NCBI GenBank assembly: GCA_039698055.1
Contig: JBDKTL010000020.1
Coordinates: 1 to 10,684 of the forward strand
Direction: 5' to 3'
Source: Methanoregula sp.
GTDB lineage: Archaea > Halobacteriota > Methanomicrobia > Methanomicrobiales > Methanospirillaceae
DNA length: 10,684 nt
Shown: piece after piece, positions 1 through 7,702 of the stretch
How the letters are laid out: the number at the start of each line of letters is the position of its first letter
Numbering within the stretch: the first letter of the stretch is position 1
Made by a program: the position numbers and the translations under genes
The notes under the pieces: generated by a model
Seen by the model: the letters and a program-made list of their open reading frames with translations, nothing else
Database searches by the model: none
What the model was told of the DNA's origin: nothing

Positions 1-1
1 C

Positions 2-106
2 AAGCCTCACATGAGTCTCAACTGGGATGAACCGTGTAACGTCTTCTGGTACAAATTGCCTCCGGAGAGGATTTTGGATTATGCGAAGAAATGGTTATAT
101 GTGTAA
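2..106 (+). CDS. Possible 3' end of an unknown gene entering from the left edge (KPHMSLNWDEPCNVFWYKLPPERILDYAKKWLYV*)
   Basis: Frame 2 is open from the window edge to TAA at 104-106 and is followed by AT-rich intergenic-looking sequence. No family is recognisable. Confidence 0.35.
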   Translation, partial: KPHMSLNWDEPCNVFWYKLPPERILDYAKKWLYV

Positions 107-291
107 AATTAATTCGGGATTCCACAATGCATGGGATTCCTCAAAAACCGTTAAATACGGGAATTTGCGTGGTGAATAGTGGACAAGATTCCTATAAAAA
201 CCCTGATCCGTGCACCGTGAAGGTAATACCGGGAGGGAGTGGAGGTTCAAAAATAACGCCGGTGAAAAACAGATTATTGGTATCTTTCTGT

Positions 292-309
292 CGTGAAAAA
301 AAGGAACCG
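292..309 (-). terminator. Oligo-T terminator candidate after the lipoprotein gene
   Basis: Minus strand reads CGGTTCC-T7-CACG, starting 2 nt after the TAA at 312-314. Confidence 0.5.
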
Positions 310-311
310 GG

Positions 312-683
312 TTATTTCTCAAACGCAAAATCCACGCGATAGTCCCGTATGCATTCACCGTCAAGCACGGTTTCAAACGAGGTCGTCGATCCCGCTCCAA
401 CAGAACCGAGATAGATCGATTTGGAATCACGGATCGTTCCGGTATTGGTATTGACCAGGTTGAAATTCAACCGGGCAGTATCTGCAGAGATATTGCCGGC
501 ATTATAGACATAGCCCGTAACGCGTTCATAGCATCCCATAGCCGGGGACCATTCATCGGTATATGCGTAATGGGCATGAAGTGTCCCTTCTGAACGATCG
601 ATTACCGCAGGATTGTTCACACAACCACAACACGCGACTAAGGTAACCACCAGCACGAGTGCCGCCACTGCAGAGAGTTTCAT
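312..683 (-). CDS. Small secreted lipoprotein with an FxLYD/CARDB-like Ig-fold domain
   Basis: MKLSAVAALVLVVTLVACCGC is a signal peptide with a lipobox-like end. VTGYVYNAGN...LNFNLVN...G...IYLGSVGAGSTTSF fits the FxLYD-type beta-sandwich pattern. ATG at 683 is preferred over GTG at 692. Confidence 0.7.
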   Translation of the reverse strand: MKLSAVAALVLVVTLVACCGCVNNPAVIDRSEGTLHAHYAYTDEWSPAMGCYERVTGYVYNAGNISADTARLNFNLVNTNTGTIRDSKSIYLGSVGAGSTTSFETVLDGECIRDYRVDFAFEK

Positions 684-708
684 GACTACCACGTTTCTTT
701 ACACCACG

Positions 709-717
709 ATATATATT
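709..717 (-). promoter_or_regulatory. TATA box candidate for the lipoprotein gene
   Basis: AATATATAT on the minus strand, 26-34 nt upstream of ATG 683. Confidence 0.5.
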
Positions 718-893
718 CAATCCAGAACCAGCCGTAAAAAAAAAGAACCGTCAGGAATATCCGGGTCCCGACCGTGCCTCATGAACAGGAGAGGGAATCA
801 GAATAATGTAGTGCCATGCGGGTACTGCTTTACGGTATGATGGGATGTGGGCAGGATTAAAAATACGCATCTGGATTTTTTATCCGGTTTGAT

Positions 894-917
894 AAAAACT
901 AAAAATACGAAAAAAAA
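894..917 (-). terminator. T-rich terminator of the flp-encapsulin operon
   Basis: T8 (910-917) followed by two T5 tracts on the minus strand, starting about 10 nt after the encapsulin stop. Confidence 0.55.
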
Positions 918-926
918 TTGAAAGAT

Positions 927-1715
927 TTACTTGAGCACGCAGATGGACTGGGGTGCATGAACCATGAGCGCCAGGCTCTCGTAGATCTGGAACTCAAGGA
1001 GATCCCCGACAGGCCCGTTGTACCCGAGCACCATGTCCTGGCCAATCGCGACCGACACGTACTGTTTTCCTGACGCCAGCAGGACCCCGCCTTTCTTTAA
1101 GTTGGGGGCTTTTACGACGCCATCGGTGACAATCGAGCGGATGTGATCGAGCTCGGTGCCTGCCCCCTGCGGATACCGGCGCAGGAGAAGGTTAAAGAGC
1201 GACGGGGCTAACGCCATGCTGTAGGGACCGTGGAACCCGGCCTCGTCGAGTTTTGTTACCGCATCGATGATCTGGTCTGCGGCAGTACCGACTTTCTCCC
1301 ACTTGGACAGGCTGAACGAACCTGCACCTGCGACGTTCATCAGTCCCGGGATCCCGGGAAGACCGGAAAGGAGGACCTGGTCTTCTTTTGCAGCGCAGTC
1401 CATTGCAGCGCAGGCAACCGGCGCGGTATCGAGGAACAGGTGGTCCCGTTCAAATGCCGCAAGGTCCCGTTTGGCAAGGCTGAAATCGGTCCGGATCATC
1501 GTTACCGGAACAGACGCACTGCCCACGATCCCGTCATCGATTACATAGTCCCCAAGGGAAATGGACTTGAGCCCCAGCCCGTACGGGCCTTCAATCGGGA
1601 GTATCCTGCGGCCGACAAGCTGGCTCTTTGCGGATTCCACCATGACCTTGTCGAGCAGGGCCCAGGTTTCCGCGGTAATGGGCGCATCCCCGCGCCCGAG
1701 ATATTTGTTTTCCAT
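927..1715 (-). CDS. Family 1 encapsulin shell protein (linocin M18/maritimacin family, HK97 fold)
   Basis: 262 aa. The N-terminus YLGRGDAPITAETWALLD...LVGRRILPIEGPYG, the internal GFHGPYSMAL and IGQDMVLGY, and the C-terminal FQIYESL match linocin-type encapsulins. AGGAG RBS upstream and cargo gene immediately upstream. Confidence 0.93.
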   Translation of the reverse strand: MENKYLGRGDAPITAETWALLDKVMVESAKSQLVGRRILPIEGPYGLGLKSISLGDYVIDDGIVGSASVPVTMIRTDFSLAKRDLAAFERDHLFLDTAPVACAAMDCAAKEDQVLLSGLPGIPGLMNVAGAGSFSLSKWEKVGTAADQIIDAVTKLDEAGFHGPYSMALAPSLFNLLLRRYPQGAGTELDHIRSIVTDGVVKAPNLKKGGVLLASGKQYVSVAIGQDMVLGYNGPVGDLLEFQIYESLALMVHAPQSICVLK

Positions 1716-1733
1716 GGTTTACATCTCCTGAAT

Positions 1734-2093
1734 TTATTTCAATGATCCAATTGTCGTTTCCTGCTGTACCGGTCCGGAGCCCTGTGCTGCCGGGGCAAAC
1801 TTTGCCGCCATCGTATCGACTTCAAGGGTTCCTTTCTTGAGGAATTCATCCTCGTTACCCGTGAGAATTGCCATAAGCCGCATCAGTTCTCCCACGTGGA
1901 CACGCTCTTCATCGGCGATATCCACAAGGACAGCCTTTGCAAGAGGATTATCGGTTGCATCGGCGTGGGACATATAAAGGTGAATTGCTTCGAGTTCTCC
2001 GGCAATATCAAGACGGACTGCCCGCACAAGTTCCTCGTGCGTCATCTTGCGGTCCGGTGTTACTCCACTGAAAGGATTGACAAATTCTGGCAT
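1734..2093 (-). CDS. Encapsulin cargo ferritin-like protein (Flp/EncFtn type) with C-terminal targeting peptide
   Basis: 119 aa. Ferroxidase-type motifs ELEAIHLY and DEERVH (ExxH), then a flexible linker APAAQGSGP and terminal TTIGSLK matching the IGSLK cargo-loading consensus. AGGAG RBS. Confidence 0.9.
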   Translation of the reverse strand: MPEFVNPFSGVTPDRKMTHEELVRAVRLDIAGELEAIHLYMSHADATDNPLAKAVLVDIADEERVHVGELMRLMAILTGNEDEFLKKGTLEVDTMAAKFAPAAQGSGPVQQETTIGSLK

Positions 2094-2127
2094 AATATTC
2101 TCCTGTTAGCCAATAGTATACCTTAAA

Positions 2128-2135
2128 AATATAAA
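2128..2135 (-). promoter_or_regulatory. TATA box candidate for the flp-encapsulin operon
   Basis: TTTATATT on the minus strand, about 35-42 nt upstream of ATG 2093, leaving room for the RBS. Confidence 0.55.
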
Positions 2136-2220
2136 TATTCCTGACATGGTGACAGCACAAAATTGCGGTGGTTTCCCAAAGGGAAATCAGAATATGCCGG
2201 GTTTTTTAATAATCGCCGGG

Positions 2221-2261
2221 TTTTGCCGGCAAAAAAATTCCTCTCACCGGTGCAGCACCGG
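2221..2261 (-). terminator. Terminator candidate after uvrC
   Basis: Inverted repeat CCGGTGC-A-GCACCGG (2247-2261) followed on the minus strand by T7 (2231-2237), which overlaps the palindrome TTTTGCCGGCAAAA (2221-2234). Confidence 0.45.
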
Positions 2262-2270
2262 GTGCACCTG

Positions 2271-3851
2271 TTATTTTCCCGGACGGGACGGCCGTTTATT
2301 CTCCCCCAGTACCTTCTTTTTCCGCAGCAGCCGGTTATAGGACACCGCAAACCGGTGCGCTTCATCACGAATCTCCTCAACGTACCGGAGCGCACTGCTC
2401 TTCCGGTCAAGCCGCAGGGGGAGTACCGCGCCGGGCACGTAGATCTCTTCTTCGCGTTTTGCAATTGCAATGACCGGGATATCTATGCCCAGAGTGCCCA
2501 ACACCCCCGTCGCCGATGACAACTGGCCTTTGCCGCCATCGATGATCACAAGATCAGGCAGCGCTGCGTGCTCGTCAACAAGCCGCTGGTACCGGCGCTT
2601 CACGACTTCTGCGATGGAAGCAAAATCGTCGATCCCTTCAACCGTCTTTATCCGGAACCGGCGGTAGTTGCTCTTGTCCGGTTTCCCGTCACGGAACTGC
2701 ACCATGGACCCGACCATGGCCGTGCCGGACAGGTGGGAGATATCAAAGCATTCGATGACTGAAGGGGCGGGCACAAGCCCGAGTGCCGCACCCAGATCGG
2801 CACCTTTGAGGACATCGCGGAAGAATGCAATCTCAAGATTTTTCAGCGCAAGGTCGAGCAGCTGCTTCTTTTCGCCGCGCTGGGGGAAGATCACATCGAC
2901 ATGCCGGCCTTTTTTCTGCGAGAGGAACCCGGCGAGCGCCGGATCTGTTGCATGGTCGAGGATCAATTCCGCCGGAGGTTCGCGCTCCGAATAGTACTGC
3001 ACCAGGAATTCATCAAAAAAATCCTCAACGGCTTCGAAGGTATATTCCTGTTTGTTCGAGAGCGACCCATGTTCGACATTGAACACGACAAGGTATACCT
3101 GCCCGGCACTCGCCCGGCAGGCGATTACGTCCTGGTCGTATTCCCGCCGTCGCTCGACCGTCTGCCGGTCGGCAAGGTGCCCGATGGCAGCAATCTCGTT
3201 TCTCAGTTCAAGCGCGCGTTCATAGTCCTCTGCTGCGGATCGCTCGGCCATCTCCTGACGGAGCCGTTCCAGAAGTTCGCCACCCTTTCCCTTCAGCAGC
3301 AGGGCGGCCTTTTTCACGTTCCCGTCGTACTCCTGCGGGCTGAGGGTGCCGGTGCAGGGTGCACTGCAGGACTGCATGTGACGGCGGAGGCAGGGGCGTT
3401 TCGGGATTTTTTTGCAGGTCCGCAGGTGAAATGCTTTTTTTACCACCTTGAGGACATGATCGCGTTCGGCAGCGGACACAAACGGCCCAAAGAACGTCCC
3501 GTCCCCCTTGGTCTGCCGGGCAATCACCAGCCGGGGAAATTCTTCGCAGGTCAGTTCGATCCATGCATACCGTTTTGCGTCTTTTAGGTCGATGTTGTAT
3601 TTCGGCTGGTGTTTTTTTATCAGTGTATTTTCCAGCAGGAACGCTTCGGTCTCGGTATTGGTGACCATGACGTCAACGGATGCGATATGTTCGACAAGGC
3701 TCCGGGTCTTTGGGTCATGGTCTTTTTTGGAAAAATAACTCGATACCCGCTTTTTGAGGTTCTTCGCTTTCCCCACGTAAATGATGGTGCCGCCGGTATC
3801 CGCATACAGGTAGCAGCCGGGATTTTCGGGAAGCGTGGCGGGATCGATCAT
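2271..3851 (-). CDS. uvrC: Excinuclease ABC subunit C (short form without C-terminal HhH domain)
   Basis: GIY-YIG domain (PGCYLY...IIYVGKAKNLKKRVSSYF), Cys-rich region, UVR domain, and RNase H-like nuclease motifs IECFDISH, DLVIIDGGKGQL and IRDEAHRFA. Confidence 0.97.
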   Translation of the reverse strand: MIDPATLPENPGCYLYADTGGTIIYVGKAKNLKKRVSSYFSKKDHDPKTRSLVEHIASVDVMVTNTETEAFLLENTLIKKHQPKYNIDLKDAKRYAWIELTCEEFPRLVIARQTKGDGTFFGPFVSAAERDHVLKVVKKAFHLRTCKKIPKRPCLRRHMQSCSAPCTGTLSPQEYDGNVKKAALLLKGKGGELLERLRQEMAERSAAEDYERALELRNEIAAIGHLADRQTVERRREYDQDVIACRASAGQVYLVVFNVEHGSLSNKQEYTFEAVEDFFDEFLVQYYSEREPPAELILDHATDPALAGFLSQKKGRHVDVIFPQRGEKKQLLDLALKNLEIAFFRDVLKGADLGAALGLVPAPSVIECFDISHLSGTAMVGSMVQFRDGKPDKSNYRRFRIKTVEGIDDFASIAEVVKRRYQRLVDEHAALPDLVIIDGGKGQLSSATGVLGTLGIDIPVIAIAKREEEIYVPGAVLPLRLDRKSSALRYVEEIRDEAHRFAVSYNRLLRKKKVLGENKRPSRPGK

Positions 3852-3938
3852 CGTTTGAGTAGGATATCGGAGTTAAGGAACATAAGGAATAGGGATGGGG
3901 TAAGGGTCACGTCCCACGATCATCAGCATCCGGATGCC

Positions 3939-3957
3939 AAAAAAAAGCCCGGAAAAA
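3939..3957 (-). terminator. Oligo-T terminator candidate after uvrA
   Basis: T5 (3953-3957) and T8 (3939-3946) on the minus strand directly after the uvrA stop. Confidence 0.5.
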
Positions 3958-3962
3958 GTATC

Positions 3963-6773
3963 CTATTCTCTTCCCGCCAGCATCGGTTTCAGGTACTGCC
4001 CCGTGAAACTTGCGGCGACATTTGCCACGGCTTCAGGAGTCCCGGTTGCCACGATCTCCCCGCCGGCATCCCCGCCTTCCGGCCCGATATCAAGAAGATA
4101 ATCCGCCGATTTGATCACGTCAAGGTTGTGCTCAATCACGACCACCGTATTGCCCTTTTCCACCAGATCGTCAAGCACGGTGATCAGTTTCTTGGTATCG
4201 TCAAAGTGAAGACCGGTCGTCGGCTCGTCGAGCAGGTAGAGGGTCCGGCCCGTTGCCCTTTTTGCCAGCTCGCGGGTCAGCTTGATCCGCTGTGCCTCGC
4301 CGCCCGAGAGTGTTGTCGAACTCTGGCCGAGCTTGATGTAATCGAGGCCCACCCTTGACAAGGTCTCCAGTTTGCTGCTGATGGAGGGAATATTCTCGAA
4401 GAGTTTCAGCGCCTCCTCCACGCTCATGTCCAACACATCGGCGATCGACTTGCCCTTGTACGTTACTTCGAGCGTCTCGCGGTTGTAGCGTTTCCCCTTG
4501 CACTCCTCGCATTCGATGTAGACATCGGGCAGGAAGTTCATCTCGATCCGGATCAGGCCGTCGCCTTCGCAGGCCTCGCACCGCCCGCCCCGGATATTGA
4601 ACGAGAACCGGCCCGGCTTGAAGCCCCGCATCTTCGCTTCCTTGGTCTCGGCAAAGATCGTGCGGATCTCATCGAAGACCTTGGTGTAGGTGGCCGGGTT
4701 GGACCGCGGGGTCTTCCCAATCGGCGACTGGTCGATCACGATCACCTTGTCGATATCGGAGTCGAAGACGATCTTGTCGTGCTTTCCTGCCTGGTCACGC
4801 GAGTGATGGAGGATCTGCATCATGCCCTTGTACAGCGTCTCCTCAACCAGCGTGGACTTGCCGGAGCCGGAGACACCGGTGACCACGGTCAAAAGGCCGA
4901 TGGGAAATTTCGCATTGATATTTTTCAGATTATTTTCCCGGCACCCTTTGACCGTGATGTAATGCTTGGGTTTCCGGCGGGTTTCGGGGATCTCGATCTT
5001 CTTTGCACCGGAAAGATACTGGCCCGTGAGCGATTTTTTGTTCTTCTCGATCTGCTTTGGGTTGCCTTCCGCAACAACGTAGCCGCCATGCACGCCGGCG
5101 CCCGGCCCCATGTCGATCACGTGCTCTGCGGACCGGATCATGTCCTCGTCATGCTCCACCACAAGCACCGTGTTGCCGAGATCGCGGAGCGTCCGGAGGG
5201 TCTCGATCAGCTTCCGGTTGTCGCGCTGGTGCAGGCCGATGGAAGGTTCGTCCAGCACATAGAGCACGCCCATCAGGGTCGAGCCGATCTGGGTGGCGAG
5301 CCGGATTCTCTGCGCTTCCCCGCCCGAGAGCGACCCCGCGTTCCGGGAGAGCGTGAGGTACCCGAGACCGACCTTCTCCAGAAAGTCCAGCCGGGACCGG
5401 ATTTCCTTCAGGATCTGTTTTGAGATCTCCCGTTCCTTGTCGGTCAGCTTCAGGCCGTCAAAGAACTTCAGGCTCGCGGAGACCGAGAGGTCCGTCACAT
5501 CGATGATGGACTTGCCGTTGATCCGGACCGCGAGGATCTTGTCCTTGAGCCTTTTTCCCTTGCAGGACGGGCAGTCGGAGACCCGCATGTAGCCTTCGAG
5601 CTCGCGCTTCCGCCAGTCAGACTTGGTCTGGGCATAGAGCCGGGCGGTCTGCGGGAGGAGTCCCTCCCACTCGCCGTTGTGCGACCACTGGGCATCGCCG
5701 TTCTTTGCGCTCATCGAGAAGTGCATCTTCTCGGTCGAGCCGAACATCAGGCCATTGTACTGCTCCCGGGTCAGGTCTTTGATGGGCGTTAAGACGGAGA
5801 AGCCGAAATGTTTTGCAACCGTGGCAAGGTACTGGCCCCTGAAGCCGTCCATCGGGTTGCGGTACGGGGCAACGGCACCGTCCGCGATGCACCGGTCCTT
5901 GTCCGGGATGATGAGGTCGGGGTCGAACTCCATCTTGACCCCGAGACCGTGGCACTCCTCGCAGGCGCCGAACGGGCTGTTGAACGAGAACATTCTTGGC
6001 TGGAGTTCCTCGAATGCGATCCCGCAGACCGGGCAGGCAAGGAGCGAGGAGTAGGTGGACTCGGTCTCCTGTTCATCGAGCACGATGATGAGCCCTTCGG
6101 ATTTCTTCAGGGCATTCTCGATCGCTTCCGTGAGCCGTGAGCGGTCGCTTGTCTCCAGCCGGTCGATCACGATCTCGATGTCGTGTTTCTTGTACCGGTC
6201 GAGCGTGATCTCCTCATCGGTCCGTATTATTTTTCCGTTCACCCGGACCCGGGCATAGCCTTCCTTGTCCAGATCTTTTAAGAGCTGCTGGTAGGTTCCC
6301 TTCTTCTGCCGGACTATTGGCGAGAGGATGGTGACCTGGCCGGGATGCTCGGCAAGGATCTGGTCCGCGATCCGGTCCGGGCTCTGGGCTGCGATGGGGA
6401 TATTGTGCTCGGGGCAGAACGGCGTCCCGATGCGGGCATAGAGGAGACGGAAGTAATCGTAGATCTCGGTGGTGGTTCCGACCGTTGACCGGGGATTCTT
6501 GGAGGTGGTCTTCTGCTCGATGGCAATGGCCGGCGAGAGTCCTTCGATGTGGTCCACGTCGGGCTTCTGCATCATGCCCAGGAACTGCCGGGCATAGGAG
6601 GAGAGCGATTCCATGTACCGGCGCTGGCCTTCGGCATAGAGCGTATCGAACGCTAATGTCGATTTGCCGGAGCCGGAGACTCCTGTAATGACTACTAACT
6701 TATCCCGGGGGATCGTGACGCTGATATTTTTGAGGTTGTGCTGGCGGGCACCTTTGATGATGATATCTTTCAT
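3963..6773 (-). CDS. uvrA: Excinuclease ABC subunit A
   Basis: 936 aa with two GVSGSGKS Walker A motifs, two [11 protein letters not shown] signatures, LDEPS/LDEPT Walker B, zinc-binding CxxC motifs and the UvrA motifs HNLKN and [10 protein letters not shown]. Confidence 0.99.
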   Translation of the reverse strand: MKDIIIKGARQHNLKNISVTIPRDKLVVITGVSGSGKSTLAFDTLYAEGQRRYMESLSSYARQFLGMMQKPDVDHIEGLSPAIAIEQKTTSKNPRSTVGTTTEIYDYFRLLYARIGTPFCPEHNIPIAAQSPDRIADQILAEHPGQVTILSPIVRQKKGTYQQLLKDLDKEGYARVRVNGKIIRTDEEITLDRYKKHDIEIVIDRLETSDRSRLTEAIENALKKSEGLIIVLDEQETESTYSSLLACPVCGIAFEELQPRMFSFNSPFGACEECHGLGVKMEFDPDLIIPDKDRCIADGAVAPYRNPMDGFRGQYLATVAKHFGFSVLTPIKDLTREQYNGLMFGSTEKMHFSMSAKNGDAQWSHNGEWEGLLPQTARLYAQTKSDWRKRELEGYMRVSDCPSCKGKRLKDKILAVRINGKSIIDVTDLSVSASLKFFDGLKLTDKEREISKQILKEIRSRLDFLEKVGLGYLTLSRNAGSLSGGEAQRIRLATQIGSTLMGVLYVLDEPSIGLHQRDNRKLIETLRTLRDLGNTVLVVEHDEDMIRSAEHVIDMGPGAGVHGGYVVAEGNPKQIEKNKKSLTGQYLSGAKKIEIPETRRKPKHYITVKGCRENNLKNINAKFPIGLLTVVTGVSGSGKSTLVEETLYKGMMQILHHSRDQAGKHDKIVFDSDIDKVIVIDQSPIGKTPRSNPATYTKVFDEIRTIFAETKEAKMRGFKPGRFSFNIRGGRCEACEGDGLIRIEMNFLPDVYIECEECKGKRYNRETLEVTYKGKSIADVLDMSVEEALKLFENIPSISSKLETLSRVGLDYIKLGQSSTTLSGGEAQRIKLTRELAKRATGRTLYLLDEPTTGLHFDDTKKLITVLDDLVEKGNTVVVIEHNLDVIKSADYLLDIGPEGGDAGGEIVATGTPEAVANVAASFTGQYLKPMLAGRE

Positions 6774-6837
6774 GGCTGTGTGCTCATTGAATCATCGTTG
6801 TGATTTAAAGGAGTTCACTTTGGGGCATGAAAGTGAA
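6537..6837 (-). repeat. Copy 1 of a diverged direct repeat (uvrA promoter plus codons 1-79)
   Basis: Aligns with 8494-8793. Hand count gives 44 differences in 237 coding nt (about 81% identity) and 71/79 identical residues. Upstream blocks TTAAAGGAGTTCA and GGGCATGAAAGTGAA are shared. Confidence 0.95.
6804..6837 (-). promoter_or_regulatory. uvrA promoter: TATA-like TTTAAA plus upstream inverted repeat TTCACTTT-N8-AAAGTGAA
   Basis: TTTAAA at 6804-6809 lies 31-36 nt from the ATG. Perfect 8-bp arms at 6814-6821 and 6830-6837. The blocks are conserved in the second copy. Confidence 0.6.
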
Positions 6838-6878
6838 GAAGAAATTTCCCGACAAATCCCAAAAAAATCCCCCTCCCG

Positions 6879-6914
6879 TACACCAAAATTAACATAAATG
6901 TTAAGGTTGGTGTA
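6879..6914. promoter_or_regulatory. Palindromic operator upstream of abiEi (likely autoregulatory site)
   Basis: TACACCAAAATTAACAT-AA-ATGTTAAGGTTGGTGTA: 17-bp arms matching at 15/17, ending about 30 nt before the ATG. GGAGG RBS at 6931-6935. Confidence 0.75.
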
Positions 6915-6943
6915 TCTAAGGGGGAAAAGGGGAGGAGACACCA

Positions 6944-7702
6944 ATGACAATTGAGATCCTGAAGTCCATGGCAAAGGATAACCAGATCTTTTCGTTTGCT
7001 CAGCTGTACCAGAAGACGCACATCAAAAAAGAAATGCTCTGGGTCATCCTCTCCCGTATGGAAGAGAAAGGGTTCATTGAGCGGATTGAGAAAGGCAAGT
7101 ACCTGATCATCCCGCTCGGGAGCGAGAAAGGAAAATACACGCTCCACGAATTCGTCATTGCTTCGTACCTGGTAGAACCCTACGCGATCTCCTACTGGAG
7201 CGCCCTCCATCACTACGGACTCACCGAACAGATCCCCACCACGGTCTTTGTCCAGACACCTGCACGCAAGAAGAAGAGCCAGCTCGACATTTTCGGGGTG
7301 AACTACCAGATCGTCCGGGTGAAGGAGGAAAAGTTTTTTGGGATCCGCAAGGAATGGATCGAGGAGACTTCGATCAACATCACCGATAAAGAAAAGACGG
7401 TAATCGATTGTCTCGATAAGCCCCACTACGCCGGGGGCATCACTGAGGTAGCAAAAGCTCTCATGAACAGTTCACTGGATCACGACAAGCTCAGCGAATA
7501 TGCCATCGGGATCGACAATTTCGCTGTGATCCGGAGGCTCGGATACCTGTGCGAAAAGGCAGGCGTGTCTATTAATCTCCCGCCGCCCCGCTCGAACAAA
7601 TACCTGTTGCTGGACCCCACGATGCCGGCTAAAGGGGAGAACGATCCAAAATGGCGGCTCGTGATTAACCAGGATGCCATTCTGCCGGAGTCACCTGAAT
7701 GA
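6944..7702 (+). CDS. abiEi: Type IV toxin-antitoxin antitoxin, AbiEi family (N-terminal winged HTH)
   Basis: wHTH-like LSRMEEKGFIERIEKGKY, plus ISYWSALHHYGLTEQIP and TDKEKTVIDCL motifs. ATGA overlap with the next gene at 7699-7702. Confidence 0.88.
   Translation: MTIEILKSMAKDNQIFSFAQLYQKTHIKKEMLWVILSRMEEKGFIERIEKGKYLIIPLGSEKGKYTLHEFVIASYLVEPYAISYWSALHHYGLTEQIPTTVFVQTPARKKKSQLDIFGVNYQIVRVKEEKFFGIRKEWIEETSINITDKEKTVIDCLDKPHYAGGITEVAKALMNSSLDHDKLSEYAIGIDNFAVIRRLGYLCEKAGVSINLPPPRSNKYLLLDPTMPAKGENDPKWRLVINQDAILPESPE

Noticed and set aside
91-430. ORFs 91-342 (+) and 95-430 (-), and short GATTCC(T)...AAAAACC repeats in 116-203
   Set aside because: The ORFs overlap the better-supported lipoprotein gene. 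The repeats are short and irregularly spaced, unlike a CRISPR array or iterons.
927-1715. Encapsulin as a prophage capsid or bacteriocin
   Set aside because: There are no portal, terminase or tail genes, and the upstream cargo with a targeting peptide indicates a nanocompartment.
2172-2186. NrpR operator
   Set aside because: The NrpR consensus is GGAA-N6-TTCC, whereas this site has the opposite arm order and different spacing.
2123-2519. ORFs 2123-2470 (-), 2146-2340 (+) and 2163-2519 (+) as small genes or a frameshifted UvrC HhH domain
   Set aside because: They overlap the uvrC end and regulatory DNA, and show no HhH motif or plausible domain.
2901-6258. Long antisense and alternate-frame ORFs over uvrC and uvrA (e.g. 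2901-3587, 3609-4358, 4779-5423)
   Set aside because: Shadow ORFs expected from GC3-rich coding sequence, with no recognisable motifs.
6658-6680. 23-bp block identical in both uvrA copies as a site-specific att core
   Set aside because: It encodes Walker A, and 17 of its bases (TTGCCGGAGCCGGAGAC) recur at the second Walker A (4858-4874), so codon preference explains much of it. The codon-style switch also falls just after it, not within it.
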